In this document: positions 38,864 through 49,203 of the stretch, one piece after another
How the letters are laid out: every line of letters begins with the position of its first letter
Numbering within the stretch: position 1 is the stretch's first letter
NCBI GenBank assembly: GCA_965222225.1
Contig: CBDCTK010000002.1
Span: forward strand, 32,001-96,000
Source: Candidatus Poribacteria bacterium
GTDB lineage: Bacteria; Poribacteria; WGA-4E; JAJDTR01
Reading direction: 5' to 3'
DNA: 64,000 nucleotides
Made by a program: the position numbers and the translations under genes
The notes under the pieces: model-generated
The model's input: only the letters and a program-made list of their open reading frames with translations
Databases searched by the model: none
What the model was told of the DNA's origin: nothing

Positions 38864-39970
38864 TTAATTCACTGATGGGTTGAAGGGTTCAAGCGATATT
38901 GACGGTACCCCCGTTGTGATTAGCTCACTGATGAGGACACCGGTAATCGGCGCCAGTAAGATGCCATTTTTGAAATGCCCGGAAGCAATGATTACATTAT
39001 CTAAATCGGGCGCTTTTCCAAGACAGGGTCCGTTTTTAATATGAGGACGCAGCCCTGCCCAAGCTTGCGCAAAAGGCATTCCCGCTAGTTCGGGAATCAA
39101 CGTTGTGCCTGCCTCAATCATCTGCTGTATACCTTCCAACGTTGTTCGCTTGTCGTACCCCACGAACTCGACTGTCGCCCCAATCAGAATCACCCCATCC
39201 GATCGGGGAACAAGGTAAACCCCCAGACCGTCGATTGTGTGTCTCAACACGAGGGGCATAGCGTCGACGAGCACTATCTGCCCGCGCGACGGCTGAATTG
39301 GGAGGTGAAAACCGAGTTCTTGAGTCAGTGCTCCCGACCAGCAGCCGGCAGCAACAACTATCGTGTCTCCGCGGAAGAATTTGCCGTTTACCTTGACGCC
39401 AGAGATTCGGTGGTTTTCGCGTACGAAGCCGTCAACTGGATTACCGAGCAAAAACTGCGTGCCTAGCTGCGCAGCCCCCTTTGCGAGCGCCTTGACGAGT
39501 TTCGGGTTACGAACTTGAGCATCCTCGGGAAACCGCACACCGCCCACCACTGATTTTGATGCAGCAGGTTCTATCTCCCATATCTGTTCCGCCGCCAACA
39601 CCTCCGCCGAGAACCCGCGATCTATTCGTCGCTCCGCCAGTCCAATTAAGCCGGTTTTCTCCTCCTCATTGAAAAACAGCGAGAGTGTCCCAGATCGGAT
39701 GAATTCAATATCAATCTGCGTACGTGCTTTCAGGTCGTCCGTCAACGATGGATAAAGAGCAAGGCTTGCCCGACACAGTTCTGGATACGGTTGCCGGGTT
39801 GACGCGTGCGATGTCAGAATGCCTGCTCCCGCCCAAGATGCCTCTCGACCTACGCCATCGGCTTTGTCAATCACCAATGTCTTTACGCCGGCTTTGCCTA
39901 GATTGTAGGCGATAGCACAGCCGATTACGCCCGCTCCGATAATTATAACATCTGAGCCCACGGTTGGCAC
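38864..39970 (-). CDS. thiO: Glycine oxidase (ThiO-like)
   Basis: GAGVIG, ASWAGAGIL, YLVPR, GLRP, GHFKNGILLAP. Confidence 0.8.
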   Translation of the reverse strand: MPTVGSDVIIIGAGVIGCAIAYNLGKAGVKTLVIDKADGVGREASWAGAGILTSHASTRQPYPELCRASLALYPSLTDDLKARTQIDIEFIRSGTLSLFFNEEEKTGLIGLAERRIDRGFSAEVLAAEQIWEIEPAASKSVVGGVRFPEDAQVRNPKLVKALAKGAAQLGTQFLLGNPVDGFVRENHRISGVKVNGKFFRGDTIVVAAGCWSGALTQELGFHLPIQPSRGQIVLVDAMPLVLRHTIDGLGVYLVPRSDGVILIGATVEFVGYDKRTTLEGIQQMIEAGTTLIPELAGMPFAQAWAGLRPHIKNGPCLGKAPDLDNVIIASGHFKNGILLAPITGVLISELITTGVPSISLEPFNPSVN

Positions 39971-39991
39971 TCCACGATAATAAAAGGCTAA

Positions 39992-40192
39992 TTAATTGTC
40001 CATTCGCCTGCTAAACTTACGCGCTTTCGCCCGTTTCTGTTTTGCTTCCCTCTGTTTTCGTTTCTTTTTCTCCGAGGGCTTTTCGTAAAACTTGCGCCGC
40101 CTTATCTCTCTGAAAAGCCCTTCCTTCTGAAGCTGACGTTTAAAAACCTTTAGAGCCTTTTCGACATCGTTGTTATAAACCCTTGTTTCCAC
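39992..40192 (-). CDS. rpsU: 30S ribosomal protein S21
   Basis: EKALKVFKR..RRKFYEKPS; AAGGAG RBS. Confidence 0.95.
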   Translation of the reverse strand: METRVYNNDVEKALKVFKRQLQKEGLFREIRRRKFYEKPSEKKKRKQREAKQKRAKARKFSRRMDN

Positions 40193-40669
40193 ATTTATTC
40201 CTCCTTAATTGATTGTTTGTTATTTATGCCATTGCCAACTCAAATTTAGTTTCGACCGCCACCAAGTCAGATCGTATTTCACGCGACTCTCGGACTGTTG
40301 AAGCAGAATTTTGAGTTATCATTCTTGGAGTTCGTGTCAATACTGTCAGACCGACGCTTGTACAGCAATTACAAGAGCAACTACCTGTATCCGAAAGCGC
40401 AGCATGAGTGCAACTCCAGTGGAATAACCAGTGAGTCCAAACGGATATAGCGGGCCAAGATAGTCAGGATATTTCTTAGTCGTTTCATGGTTAATCCTTC
40501 CCGCAGTTCAATCAGGGCCCGAAACCATAAACATTAGTATTATACCCTATTTTTTGTGAAAACCCTACTTAAAATCATCGTATTAGTTTTAATGAAGCGG
40601 AGAAATCACATTACAATCGTGGAAGTCGGATAAATAGTGGTTCCATTGCTTTGGCGGAAGCAATTGTGA

Positions 40670-40698
40670 TTGACGGATTTGCCGAATTGTCGTAAGAT
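40670..40698 (+). promoter_or_regulatory. sigma70-like promoter for second PhyH gene
   Basis: TTGACG, 17 nt, TAAGAT. Confidence 0.5.
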
Positions 40699-40821
40699 TT
40701 AGTTGCGTTCTCTGTCGTTATTTATCACTTTACTCAGCTACCAAAAGGCAAAGTCAAACCTGATTCACAAAGCAGGACGCCCGAAGGATAAAGTAAGTCT
40801 TAACAGAGAGGAAATGAAACA

Positions 40822-41571
40822 ATGCCACTCACTAAACAACAGATAAGGGCTTATGAGACGGAAGGATTCGTTTCAGGCATTCCGATTGAGAACGAGGCAG
40901 GAGCCTTGCGTTATCAACGTCAGTTTGATGCCTTGGAGGCTAAACAGGGCAGGGAAAAATGCCAAACCGGTATGCTTGACCGCCATTTCGATCTGGAATT
41001 TATTTGGCAGTTGGCGACACACCCGAAAATCCTTGAATGCATTGAAGACCTCATGGGCCCAGACGTCCTGCTCTTAGCAACACATGCTTTCTGCAAATAC
41101 GGCCCACAGAAGAAATTTGTCGCATGGCATCAAGATGTAACCTATTGGGGGCTTGAGCCACCGGAAGCGTTGACCGCGTGGTATGCTATTGACGATAGCG
41201 ATCGAGAGAACGGATGTATGCGGGTAATTCCCGGCACCCACCTGGGCTTTCGAGAACACGGAAAGTCTGAGAGGGAAGGAAATTTGTTGAGCGTCAATCA
41301 AGAGGCAGCCGTTAGCGAAGATGAGGAAAAAGGTGCCGTAGACTTTGTCTTGAAAGCGGGGGAAATCTCAATTCATCACGGAACAATTATCCACGGCAGC
41401 TTGCCGAACCGGTCCACACGTCGACGTTGTGGCTTGACCATCCGCTATATTCCCCCGTGGGTTAAGCCCGTTGACTCGGCTTCGGTGAAGCGGTGGAAGG
41501 CTATTCTACTCCGCGGTCAAGCCAGATATAAGAATTTTGAGACGACACCAAAACCGTTTCCAATGTCGTAA
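40822..41571 (+). CDS. PhyH-family dioxygenase
   Basis: WHQDVTYW, ENGCMRVIPGTH, IHGSLPNRS.RRR. Confidence 0.9.
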   Translation: MPLTKQQIRAYETEGFVSGIPIENEAGALRYQRQFDALEAKQGREKCQTGMLDRHFDLEFIWQLATHPKILECIEDLMGPDVLLLATHAFCKYGPQKKFVAWHQDVTYWGLEPPEALTAWYAIDDSDRENGCMRVIPGTHLGFREHGKSEREGNLLSVNQEAAVSEDEEKGAVDFVLKAGEISIHHGTIIHGSLPNRSTRRRCGLTIRYIPPWVKPVDSASVKRWKAILLRGQARYKNFETTPKPFPMS

Positions 41572-41746
41572 TCGGTTGTGCAGATTAAGGCGCAAACTCA
41601 AGTGGTGGATGGAATAGTACAGTGCGTCCGAGGCCTGCCTAAATTTGCGTTATACGCGCCAGCCTACATCCGGCAAATGCAGGCACGTGGTTCAATTTGT
41701 TGCGCACTTGCATGAGCCAGCCGCTTCACATGAGGAGGGTTTAGAT

Positions 41747-42886
41747 TTGACCAATCAATTGTACGATGCGATTGTTATCGGTGCCGGAAGTATGGGTAGC
41801 GCAGCGGCGTATCATCTTTCCAGAGCCGGTGCGAAGACGCTGGTGATTGAGCAGTTTTCACGGGGGCATACGTTCGGAAGCTCTCATGGCAACACACGGA
41901 TAATCCGTCTTGTTTATGAAAAACCCTTTTACACAGAGTTAATGAAATCCAGCTATGCCTGCTGGCGAGATCTCGAACGCGAATCAGAAAAGAAATTGCT
42001 TTATACCACTGGAAGTGTAGTTATCGCGCCGGTTGGGCACGAGTACGTAATCAGCACACGCGCAAGCCTTGATGCTGCGGGAGTCGAGTCTGAGTGGTTG
42101 AACGAGCAGGAGTTGGCTTCACGGCTGCCGCAATTCAAGATTGAGCCCAATACGATGATAGCCCTCTGGCAAAAGGATGGCGGCTTTCTACACGCCTCCG
42201 AATGTATATCCACGCACTTAGACTTGGCAAAGGAGCAGGGCGCAAAAATTCGAGAAAACACTGAGGTTATTACGGTGGATTGGGAGGCAAGTTCTCCGGT
42301 CGTCGTTTGCGAGGGCGAACGCTTCCAAGGAAAGAAAGTCGTAATAGCTGTAGGACCTTGGGCAGGACGGATTCTGCCAAATCTGAACCTACCGCTCACA
42401 GTAACCCGTCAACAGGTGGTTTACTTTAAACCAAAAAAGGAATCCTACTTCCAACCTGCCCATTTTCCGGTGTTTATTGATGTAACGAGACCGAAGTCGT
42501 TTTATGGCGTACCGGATTTCGAGGACAAAGGCGTGAAAGTGGGGGTGGACGGACATGGGGAGGAGTTCGCAACTTCCCTTGATTCGTGCAACCGTACACC
42601 CGAACCGGAATACATAAATTATGTTCGCGAATTCGTGGGCGAACGGATGCCCAACGCCGCCAGCGATGTATGCCACGCAGAAGTATGCCTCTACACGGAG
42701 ACGCCGGATAAGGATTTCATCATCGATTTACACCCCGATTGCCAGAACCTCGCCATTGCCGGAGGTTTCTCTGGGCATGGGTTTAAGTTTGGTGGGCTTG
42801 TTGGGAAGATACTTTCGGAACTTGCGCTAACGAGTGAAACTCGCTACGACATCAGTCATTTTCGGATAGATCGATTTGGTAGGTAG
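41747..42886 (+). CDS. Monomeric sarcosine oxidase / N-methyltryptophan oxidase (SolA family)
   Basis: GAGSMG, GSSHGNTRIIR, CLYTETPD, FSGHGFKF; TTG start after GAGGAGG. Confidence 0.88.
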   Translation: MTNQLYDAIVIGAGSMGSAAAYHLSRAGAKTLVIEQFSRGHTFGSSHGNTRIIRLVYEKPFYTELMKSSYACWRDLERESEKKLLYTTGSVVIAPVGHEYVISTRASLDAAGVESEWLNEQELASRLPQFKIEPNTMIALWQKDGGFLHASECISTHLDLAKEQGAKIRENTEVITVDWEASSPVVVCEGERFQGKKVVIAVGPWAGRILPNLNLPLTVTRQQVVYFKPKKESYFQPAHFPVFIDVTRPKSFYGVPDFEDKGVKVGVDGHGEEFATSLDSCNRTPEPEYINYVREFVGERMPNAASDVCHAEVCLYTETPDKDFIIDLHPDCQNLAIAGGFSGHGFKFGGLVGKILSELALTSETRYDISHFRIDRFGR

Positions 42887-42900
42887 ACAACGGGCGTTCC

Positions 42901-43704
42901 TTATCTTTCCTTCACGCCGCGTGCCAGCTCTCCCGCGAACTCCCCAACGTTCGCCAGAATCGCCGCTTCATTTTCCAGATGCTGTTCTATGACGTTGATG
43001 ATTGCGCTCCCAACGATAGCTCCGTCCGCAAGTTGTGCAACTTCCTGTGCTTGTTTCCGCGTGGAAACGCCAAACCCGACGCAAATGGGTTTGTAAGTGT
43101 GTTCGCGAAGTTGCGAGATCATCGGGGAAATCTCGTCTGACAGCGAATCTCGCGCGCCGGTCACGCCAGTGACCGATACGCAATAGATGAATCCGGTGCT
43201 AACCGCCGCAATGACGCTCAGTCGCTCCGGCGGGCTCGTAGGTGACACCAGGAAAACCGTTGCTAGGTTGTATTGTTCAGCGATTGCTAACAACGTGCCC
43301 GCTTCTTCGGGCGGCAGGTCAGGGACAATCACGCCATCCACCCCCGCCTCGCTTGCAGCACGGCAGAATTCATCCTCGCCCATTCGAAAGATGGGGTTGT
43401 AGTATGTCATGAGCGCAATTGGAATCTCTGTCTTACGCCGAACTTCTCGAACCAAATTAATGATCTGCCGTAATGAAATTTTACCTGCAAGTGCTCGCTC
43501 GCTTGCACGTTGAATCGTCGGTCCATCGGCAATTGGATCGGAAAACGGAACACCAAACTCAATGAGATCGGCGCCGGATTTTTCGAGCGTTAAGAGAAGT
43601 TTTTGACTAAGTTCCGGCGTCGGGTCGCCGGCACAGATATAGGGCATGAACGCCCGTTCTCCCCGATTCTGTAGTTCTCTAAATTTCGATTCGATTCGAT
43701 TCAA
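42901..43704 (-). CDS. trpA: Tryptophan synthase alpha chain
   Basis: GVPFSDPIADGPTIQ, MTYYNP, PDLP, GVTGAR, VGFGV. Confidence 0.97.
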   Translation of the reverse strand: MNRIESKFRELQNRGERAFMPYICAGDPTPELSQKLLLTLEKSGADLIEFGVPFSDPIADGPTIQRASERALAGKISLRQIINLVREVRRKTEIPIALMTYYNPIFRMGEDEFCRAASEAGVDGVIVPDLPPEEAGTLLAIAEQYNLATVFLVSPTSPPERLSVIAAVSTGFIYCVSVTGVTGARDSLSDEISPMISQLREHTYKPICVGFGVSTRKQAQEVAQLADGAIVGSAIINVIEQHLENEAAILANVGEFAGELARGVKER

Positions 43705-43880
43705 GATAAACCCTTATTAAATGTATGTGCCAAATCTGTGAAGTTTGAACTGGAGGACCATAGCGCGTCGATAACCGCACACCTGTATCAATCCACAATC
43801 CAGTTGACGTAGGTGTGAACTCCGAAGCCACTTTGCCACCTGAATGAGGAATTAGTGTTTTTCTTGTGGTCAAACGCCCC

Positions 43881-45452
43881 CTATTTCAAAATGAGCATTT
43901 TTCGCGTGGCTTGGAACGGGGCAGCATGTAGGGTGTAGAAATAGAGTCCGCTGGAAACTCTTTCTCCGATTTGGTCTTTGCCATCCCAGTAAACCGCGGT
44001 TTCACGAGTAAGATAACTCCCGGTTTTTTGCTGTCCGAGATTCAATTCTCGAATCAGTTGCCCCTGCACGTTGTGAATGCGGAGCATAACAGAAGCATCT
44101 GTCGCCAACTGATACGGCATCCACGTCTCCGGATTGAAGGGGTTCGGGAAGTTTTGAAGCAGGGCGGTGCGCTTGACCCGACCGAACGTGGTCAGTGACA
44201 ATCCAAACGGTTCGATGGCAAAGGGTGGAGTATCAAAGGCTTCGATGGTGCTATACACGTAAGCCGCGTGACCGTCACCGTTGGGCCATCCGTCGTGCAC
44301 CAAAAACGGCTTGCTATGAGATGAGATAGCCGCGGTGTTTTCGCTCATGGAGACTGCGTATCCGAAGTTCAAATCTCTGGCGCCGTGCTCAGGCGTAACC
44401 TTCGCGGTCTGCGTCCAAACTCCGTCTTCGCGTACAAACGAGTAAGCGGCACCCGATCCCCTTTCGGGACGGTCATATCCAGGCGCTCCAACGATAACGA
44501 TGTTCCCGGTGGTAGCAACACCCGCTCCGAAGTTATGTCCTTTCTCGGCATCTTTGGGTCTCAACTTTGCTTGTAGTTTCCAACTGTTGCCATCCGGGAC
44601 GAAAATGTATGCAGTGCCGACATCTTTTGCGTTTTCGCTATCGTAGAACGGTGATCCCACTACAATGGTTTTCCCCATGAGTCCGACAGAGGTTCCAAAA
44701 CGATCGGCTTTTCCGCCATCATCTACCGCGAGTTTGGCTTGTTGAGTCCACCTGTTCCCGTTTCGCACGAAAACGTAAGCGGCACCGGTAAATCTTTTTC
44801 CGCCGTGAGTGTGGCCGTTTGCTCCAATGATTGCGGTGTTGCCATGGACGAAGACAGCTTCCCCGAAGGCGTCCGATCCACTCAGATCCGTGGGAATTAG
44901 CTTTGCCTGTTTCCGCCACGTGATCCCGTCACGGAAGAAGACATAAGCGGATCCAGCGTCCTTGCCGGCATCGTCGTCCCTTGGTACGCCAATGATGGCG
45001 GTGTTTCTGTCGACCGAGACGGACTCGCCGAAACTGTCCGCTGCTTCTGGATTGTCCCCTACAAGCCTTGCACGTTGTTGCCACGTTCTACCGCTTCGGG
45101 CAAAGACAAAAGCGGAGCCGGATTTATCCGCGCCCGCATTGGCGTTTGGCACCCCGATCACCGCGGTGTCACCACTAATGGCAACCGACCATCCGACATT
45201 GCCGTCATGCTGGGGAATCAATTTCGCCTGCTCTTCCCAGTTATTGCCATCGCCTACAAATACCTTGGCGTAGTTTTGACCGGGCGATCCGACAATCACA
45301 GAACTCCCACTGATATCCGAAGACATCTGTGGTCCGGTCGTTTCCTCGTCAGCAACTAGCTTTATTTCCTTCTGTCCGAATGCCAGTTGATTCACAGCTA
45401 CCAATTGTATACCGAGAACCAAACATGCGAGAATTGCCAACGCCTTTCTCAT
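43881..45452 (-). CDS. Secreted FG-GAP beta-propeller protein with FlgD/T9SS-like C-terminal domain
   Basis: Signal peptide; FG.SV...GAP...G.AYVF repeats; QNFPNPFNPETW..TRKMLILK. Confidence 0.9.
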   Translation of the reverse strand: MRKALAILACLVLGIQLVAVNQLAFGQKEIKLVADEETTGPQMSSDISGSSVIVGSPGQNYAKVFVGDGNNWEEQAKLIPQHDGNVGWSVAISGDTAVIGVPNANAGADKSGSAFVFARSGRTWQQRARLVGDNPEAADSFGESVSVDRNTAIIGVPRDDDAGKDAGSAYVFFRDGITWRKQAKLIPTDLSGSDAFGEAVFVHGNTAIIGANGHTHGGKRFTGAAYVFVRNGNRWTQQAKLAVDDGGKADRFGTSVGLMGKTIVVGSPFYDSENAKDVGTAYIFVPDGNSWKLQAKLRPKDAEKGHNFGAGVATTGNIVIVGAPGYDRPERGSGAAYSFVREDGVWTQTAKVTPEHGARDLNFGYAVSMSENTAAISSHSKPFLVHDGWPNGDGHAAYVYSTIEAFDTPPFAIEPFGLSLTTFGRVKRTALLQNFPNPFNPETWMPYQLATDASVMLRIHNVQGQLIRELNLGQQKTGSYLTRETAVYWDGKDQIGERVSSGLYFYTLHAAPFQATRKMLILK

Positions 45453-45552
45453 AGAAAGATCCTTTCGACATTGAATCGCCGACGATTATGCGAGCAACTC
45501 AATATGATGCCATTCCCATCAGGAGGCAATATGGAGGACTCGTGATGCATTC

Positions 45553-48339
45553 CTATTTAGATATCAACATCTTGCGTGTCGTGGCAAAATCGTGCGTCTT
45601 GAGCGTGTAGAAGTAGGTACCGGAGGAGACTTGCTCACCGGTGCTGTTGCGCCCATCCCAGTATGTGGCTGTGGAGCGTGTCATGTAGAAACCAGCCGGT
45701 TTAATCCCGAGGTCAAGTGTCCTTACAAGACGGCCAGACACTTCATATATCTGTATGGTGGCGAAACCAGATTGACTAAGTTGGAAAGGCAACCACGTCT
45801 CGGGGTTGAACGGATTGGGAAAATTCTGCGCCAGTTGCGTCTGCTTCGGACGAACATCACCCACAATCAGCGGTATCCGCTTGTAAGCCTGTCGGATGTC
45901 CGCGATATCGACCATGTGGTGGTGCGGCCCCGAAACAATGTTTCCATCGTCATCAATCACTGTGATATCAAGCACATCGCCCGCTTGTACGACACTATTC
46001 CGATTGAGATTTGCCCACACTGCAGCGATGTGCGTATTGTCAGTAGCAACTCGATCTGTTGCCGTCGCGCCAGTACGTAGGTTTTTGGCAATTACAGTAT
46101 AATTGGTCTGCGGCAGAGCATTCTTCAGATCGCTAGTCACGACAAACGCCCAAGCTTCTGCGAAATGGGTAATCCCCGGCGCCGCCGCGGGTTCATTTTC
46201 CCACGCCTTACCAGAGAACGCAACCGAGCCGCCTTCAGGTGTGTTAACAATGTATGCATGGCCGCCTTCAATAGAGAATCCCGAGCCGCGCTCATCGTCA
46301 GTGAAGGCGACGAAATCTTGGGAGGCGGAGTCAAGTCGTATGACGGCGGTCGCATTCACCATTTCAGCGAATCTACGGGCGGAAATCGGATCTTCGGGCA
46401 CAAGTGGCAGAGAAATCATGTTCAATCCCTGTTCTAGAGAGGTTACAAAGATTGCCGGAACCGGCGGCGTTTCCCACAGCAATAAAGCTCCATCAAGCCC
46501 ACCGCTGGCAATTACACTGCCATCATTGTTAAAAGCGACGCTGTAAACAGACGATTTGTGTCCGTGCAAGGTCTTGATACGCGCAAGTGTATTGGTATCC
46601 CAGAGGCGAACCGTATTATCCCAACTTCCAGTAGCGATTATTTTTCCATTCGGACTGAAGGTTATGCTTTTAATGACGCTTTGGAACGAGTCAACAGATT
46701 TCCGCAGTTCACCGGTTGTAACGTCCCACAAACGAATGATGGCGTCCCAGCCGCCACTCGCCACCGTATTCCCGTCAGGACTAAAGGCGACGGTAAGCGC
46801 ATCACCACTGTGTCCTATGAGCTTGTGCAGTTCCTCACCGGATTCGACATCCCATAAACGAACAGTATTGTCTCGACTTGCGCTAGCGAGCTTGCGACCA
46901 GTGGGGCTGAATGCCAGTCCTTCGACACCGGTCGTATGACCGACGAGCGTTTTCAGCCGCGCTCCCGTCGCCACATCCCACAAGCGGATATCGTCATCTT
47001 CACTTCCACTCGCAAGTGTAGTTCCATCAGGGCTGAAGGCTAAGCTGATGAGATAAGCTCTGTGGCCGACAAGAGTCTTGAGGTGCGCCCCTGTGTCAAC
47101 ATCCCATAAGCGGACAGTATGGTCCTCGCTCCCACTAGCCAGTGTGCGTCCACCCGGACTGAAGACAACGATACCTATATCGTCTGTGTGTCCAAACAAG
47201 ATGTGGTCGAGTTTTCCCGTTTCGGTATTCCAAAGTCGAATGGTCGAGTCCCAGCTTCGACCGACAAGAGCACGGCCGTCTGGTCTGAAACTAACGCTCA
47301 AGACGACATCCGTATGCACGGTGACGGTATTGAGGTGGGCGCCTGTCTCGGCATCCCAAAATCGAATAGTGGCATCCCATCCGCCAGTGGCGAATGTGCC
47401 GCCATCGGGATTGAAATCGACTCTGACCACATCTGCCGTGTGCCCGGCAATGGTCGTTTTCAATATTCCCGTGTCGGTATCCCACAGGCGGATCGTGTCG
47501 TCTTCACTCACGCTCACCAACGTGTGACCATCCTGTGGGGAAAAGGCGAGGTCGTAGATAACGGAGGTGTGACCGGTGAGAATCATGGTTTGCGTTGCTG
47601 TCGCAATGTCCAAGAAGTGAATCTCGCCGTTATAATCGCCGCTGGCAAGCGTTTCTCCATCCGGACTAAAAGTGACCGCTTGGACAAGCGACCTGTGTCC
47701 CGTGATGTTTTGGAGTTCCTCGCCCGTAGCGACATCCCACAGGCGCGCGGTTTGGTCCCAACTCCCGGTTGCAAGCATAGTACCGTCCGGACTGAATGCT
47801 ACAGTATTTACGCGATCGCTATGCCCCTCGATAGTTCGAATCTCCTCCCCCGTTGCCATATCCCAAAGGCGGACTGTCCGGTCATAACTCGCGCTGGCAA
47901 GTATAGTCTCATCCGGGCTGATGTCTATGCTACGGATACCGCTCCAATGTCCCTCAATAGTTTGGAGTGACTCACCAGTCTCGGGATCCCATAGCCGTAT
48001 AGTTGTATCCCAACTCCCGCTGGCAAGCACGTTGCCACTGCTAGAGTACGCCAAGGCAGTGACCTCCTCCGTATGTGCGGAAAGTAACGCCACCTCTTCA
48101 AAAGTCGCTGTATCATAAATCCAGATGCCGATGGAGCTAGCAGCCGCAAGGCGGGTACCGTCGGGAGAATACTTGATTTCTGCCACCCAGCCTTTTCCGA
48201 CGCGCTTTTTGGCGTCCTCCGGCAAACTCCACTGCGAAAAATCCTCCGCCTCTTGCGCTAACGTGTTTAGCGAAAACAGGGTCAAAAGAATAAACGCCAT
48301 CAAAATAATTTTTATATTGAAGATCTCCATAAGCTGCAA
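45553..48339 (-). CDS. Secreted WD40-repeat protein with FlgD/T9SS-like tail
   Basis: About 14 GH..V..FSPDG..LASGS.D.T.RLWD repeats; QNFPNPFNP. Confidence 0.92.
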   Translation of the reverse strand: MQLMEIFNIKIILMAFILLTLFSLNTLAQEAEDFSQWSLPEDAKKRVGKGWVAEIKYSPDGTRLAAASSIGIWIYDTATFEEVALLSAHTEEVTALAYSSSGNVLASGSWDTTIRLWDPETGESLQTIEGHWSGIRSIDISPDETILASASYDRTVRLWDMATGEEIRTIEGHSDRVNTVAFSPDGTMLATGSWDQTARLWDVATGEELQNITGHRSLVQAVTFSPDGETLASGDYNGEIHFLDIATATQTMILTGHTSVIYDLAFSPQDGHTLVSVSEDDTIRLWDTDTGILKTTIAGHTADVVRVDFNPDGGTFATGGWDATIRFWDAETGAHLNTVTVHTDVVLSVSFRPDGRALVGRSWDSTIRLWNTETGKLDHILFGHTDDIGIVVFSPGGRTLASGSEDHTVRLWDVDTGAHLKTLVGHRAYLISLAFSPDGTTLASGSEDDDIRLWDVATGARLKTLVGHTTGVEGLAFSPTGRKLASASRDNTVRLWDVESGEELHKLIGHSGDALTVAFSPDGNTVASGGWDAIIRLWDVTTGELRKSVDSFQSVIKSITFSPNGKIIATGSWDNTVRLWDTNTLARIKTLHGHKSSVYSVAFNNDGSVIASGGLDGALLLWETPPVPAIFVTSLEQGLNMISLPLVPEDPISARRFAEMVNATAVIRLDSASQDFVAFTDDERGSGFSIEGGHAYIVNTPEGGSVAFSGKAWENEPAAAPGITHFAEAWAFVVTSDLKNALPQTNYTVIAKNLRTGATATDRVATDNTHIAAVWANLNRNSVVQAGDVLDITVIDDDGNIVSGPHHHMVDIADIRQAYKRIPLIVGDVRPKQTQLAQNFPNPFNPETWLPFQLSQSGFATIQIYEVSGRLVRTLDLGIKPAGFYMTRSTATYWDGRNSTGEQVSSGTYFYTLKTHDFATTRKMLISK

Positions 48340-48646
48340 TGTTGGTTACGGACCTTAACACGTTAAGGTCGCATACTTCAGTTTATTGTCTTCTGTCGGA
48401 GTCGAATTAAGCTTGAGATTTGTGACGCCCCAAATTTCAATGAAAGTCGCAGGGGTATGTGCATATTGCTCCGATTGTGCAATCAAGTCTGATATCTGAT
48501 AATGGTGGTTTGAGGAGCAATTGTCGCTAGACTATTTTAACGAGCTTGCAAGTCAAATTATTCTAAAAGAACGTATGCCATTTTTCTATATTTGCAGTAC
48601 ATTAATGGCGTCAATCAAGCCTTCCCAATGCTGGGCAGGAAGATCT

Positions 48647-48869
48647 CTATCGCGGTTGTTATTCACTCCCTTGATCCCCGCCTACCGGGTTTGGTGTGCA
48701 GGGAATTGGTTGGTATGGGTTTTTCATACAGCATTATTGAAAACCATTATATGCAATATTATTCAAACGAAATGGTATTACGCATTAACAGAAGGTCGCG
48801 ATTCGGAGATTAGATTTCTATCGCATTCACTATTCGCTCATTTGATGGGTGATTATCCATTCGCTTGAT
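48647..48869 (-). repeat. Hairpin motif copies 10 (48647-48675) and 11 (48818-48846, plus unit to 48869)
   Basis: CTATCGCGGTTGTTATTCACTCCCTTGAT; CTATCGCATTCACTATTCGCTCATTTGAT. Confidence 0.85.
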
Positions 48870-49203
48870 CGTGCCTACTACTATTTCTAGCTTCAGTTGA
48901 ATGAGTGTTGGGTTTCACTATACGATTGAACTGCGTAAGTCCTATCCGTGTTACGCGGTCAGGATTCAAACTCCAGAACTCGAAGTGCTAAGCCGGCAAG
49001 ATCACAACGTTGAAGGAATGCAATCGTGTATGCCCAGTGACACATGGGGAGAGCGTACATCAAAGAGGCAATCTGCCGATGAATCGAGGTGACGTCAATC
49101 GTTTCGGTCCATTGCGTAAAAAAACGTGATGCACACGAAACAAAATATCTTTTTGCTAATCCCGCCATCCAATTATCCAACCAAATCCATCCGGCAGCCG
49201 AGC

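Noticed and set aside
40381-40488. 35-codon minus-strand ORF with RBS upstream of rpsU
   Set aside because: No recognisable homology; cannot be supported from sequence alone.
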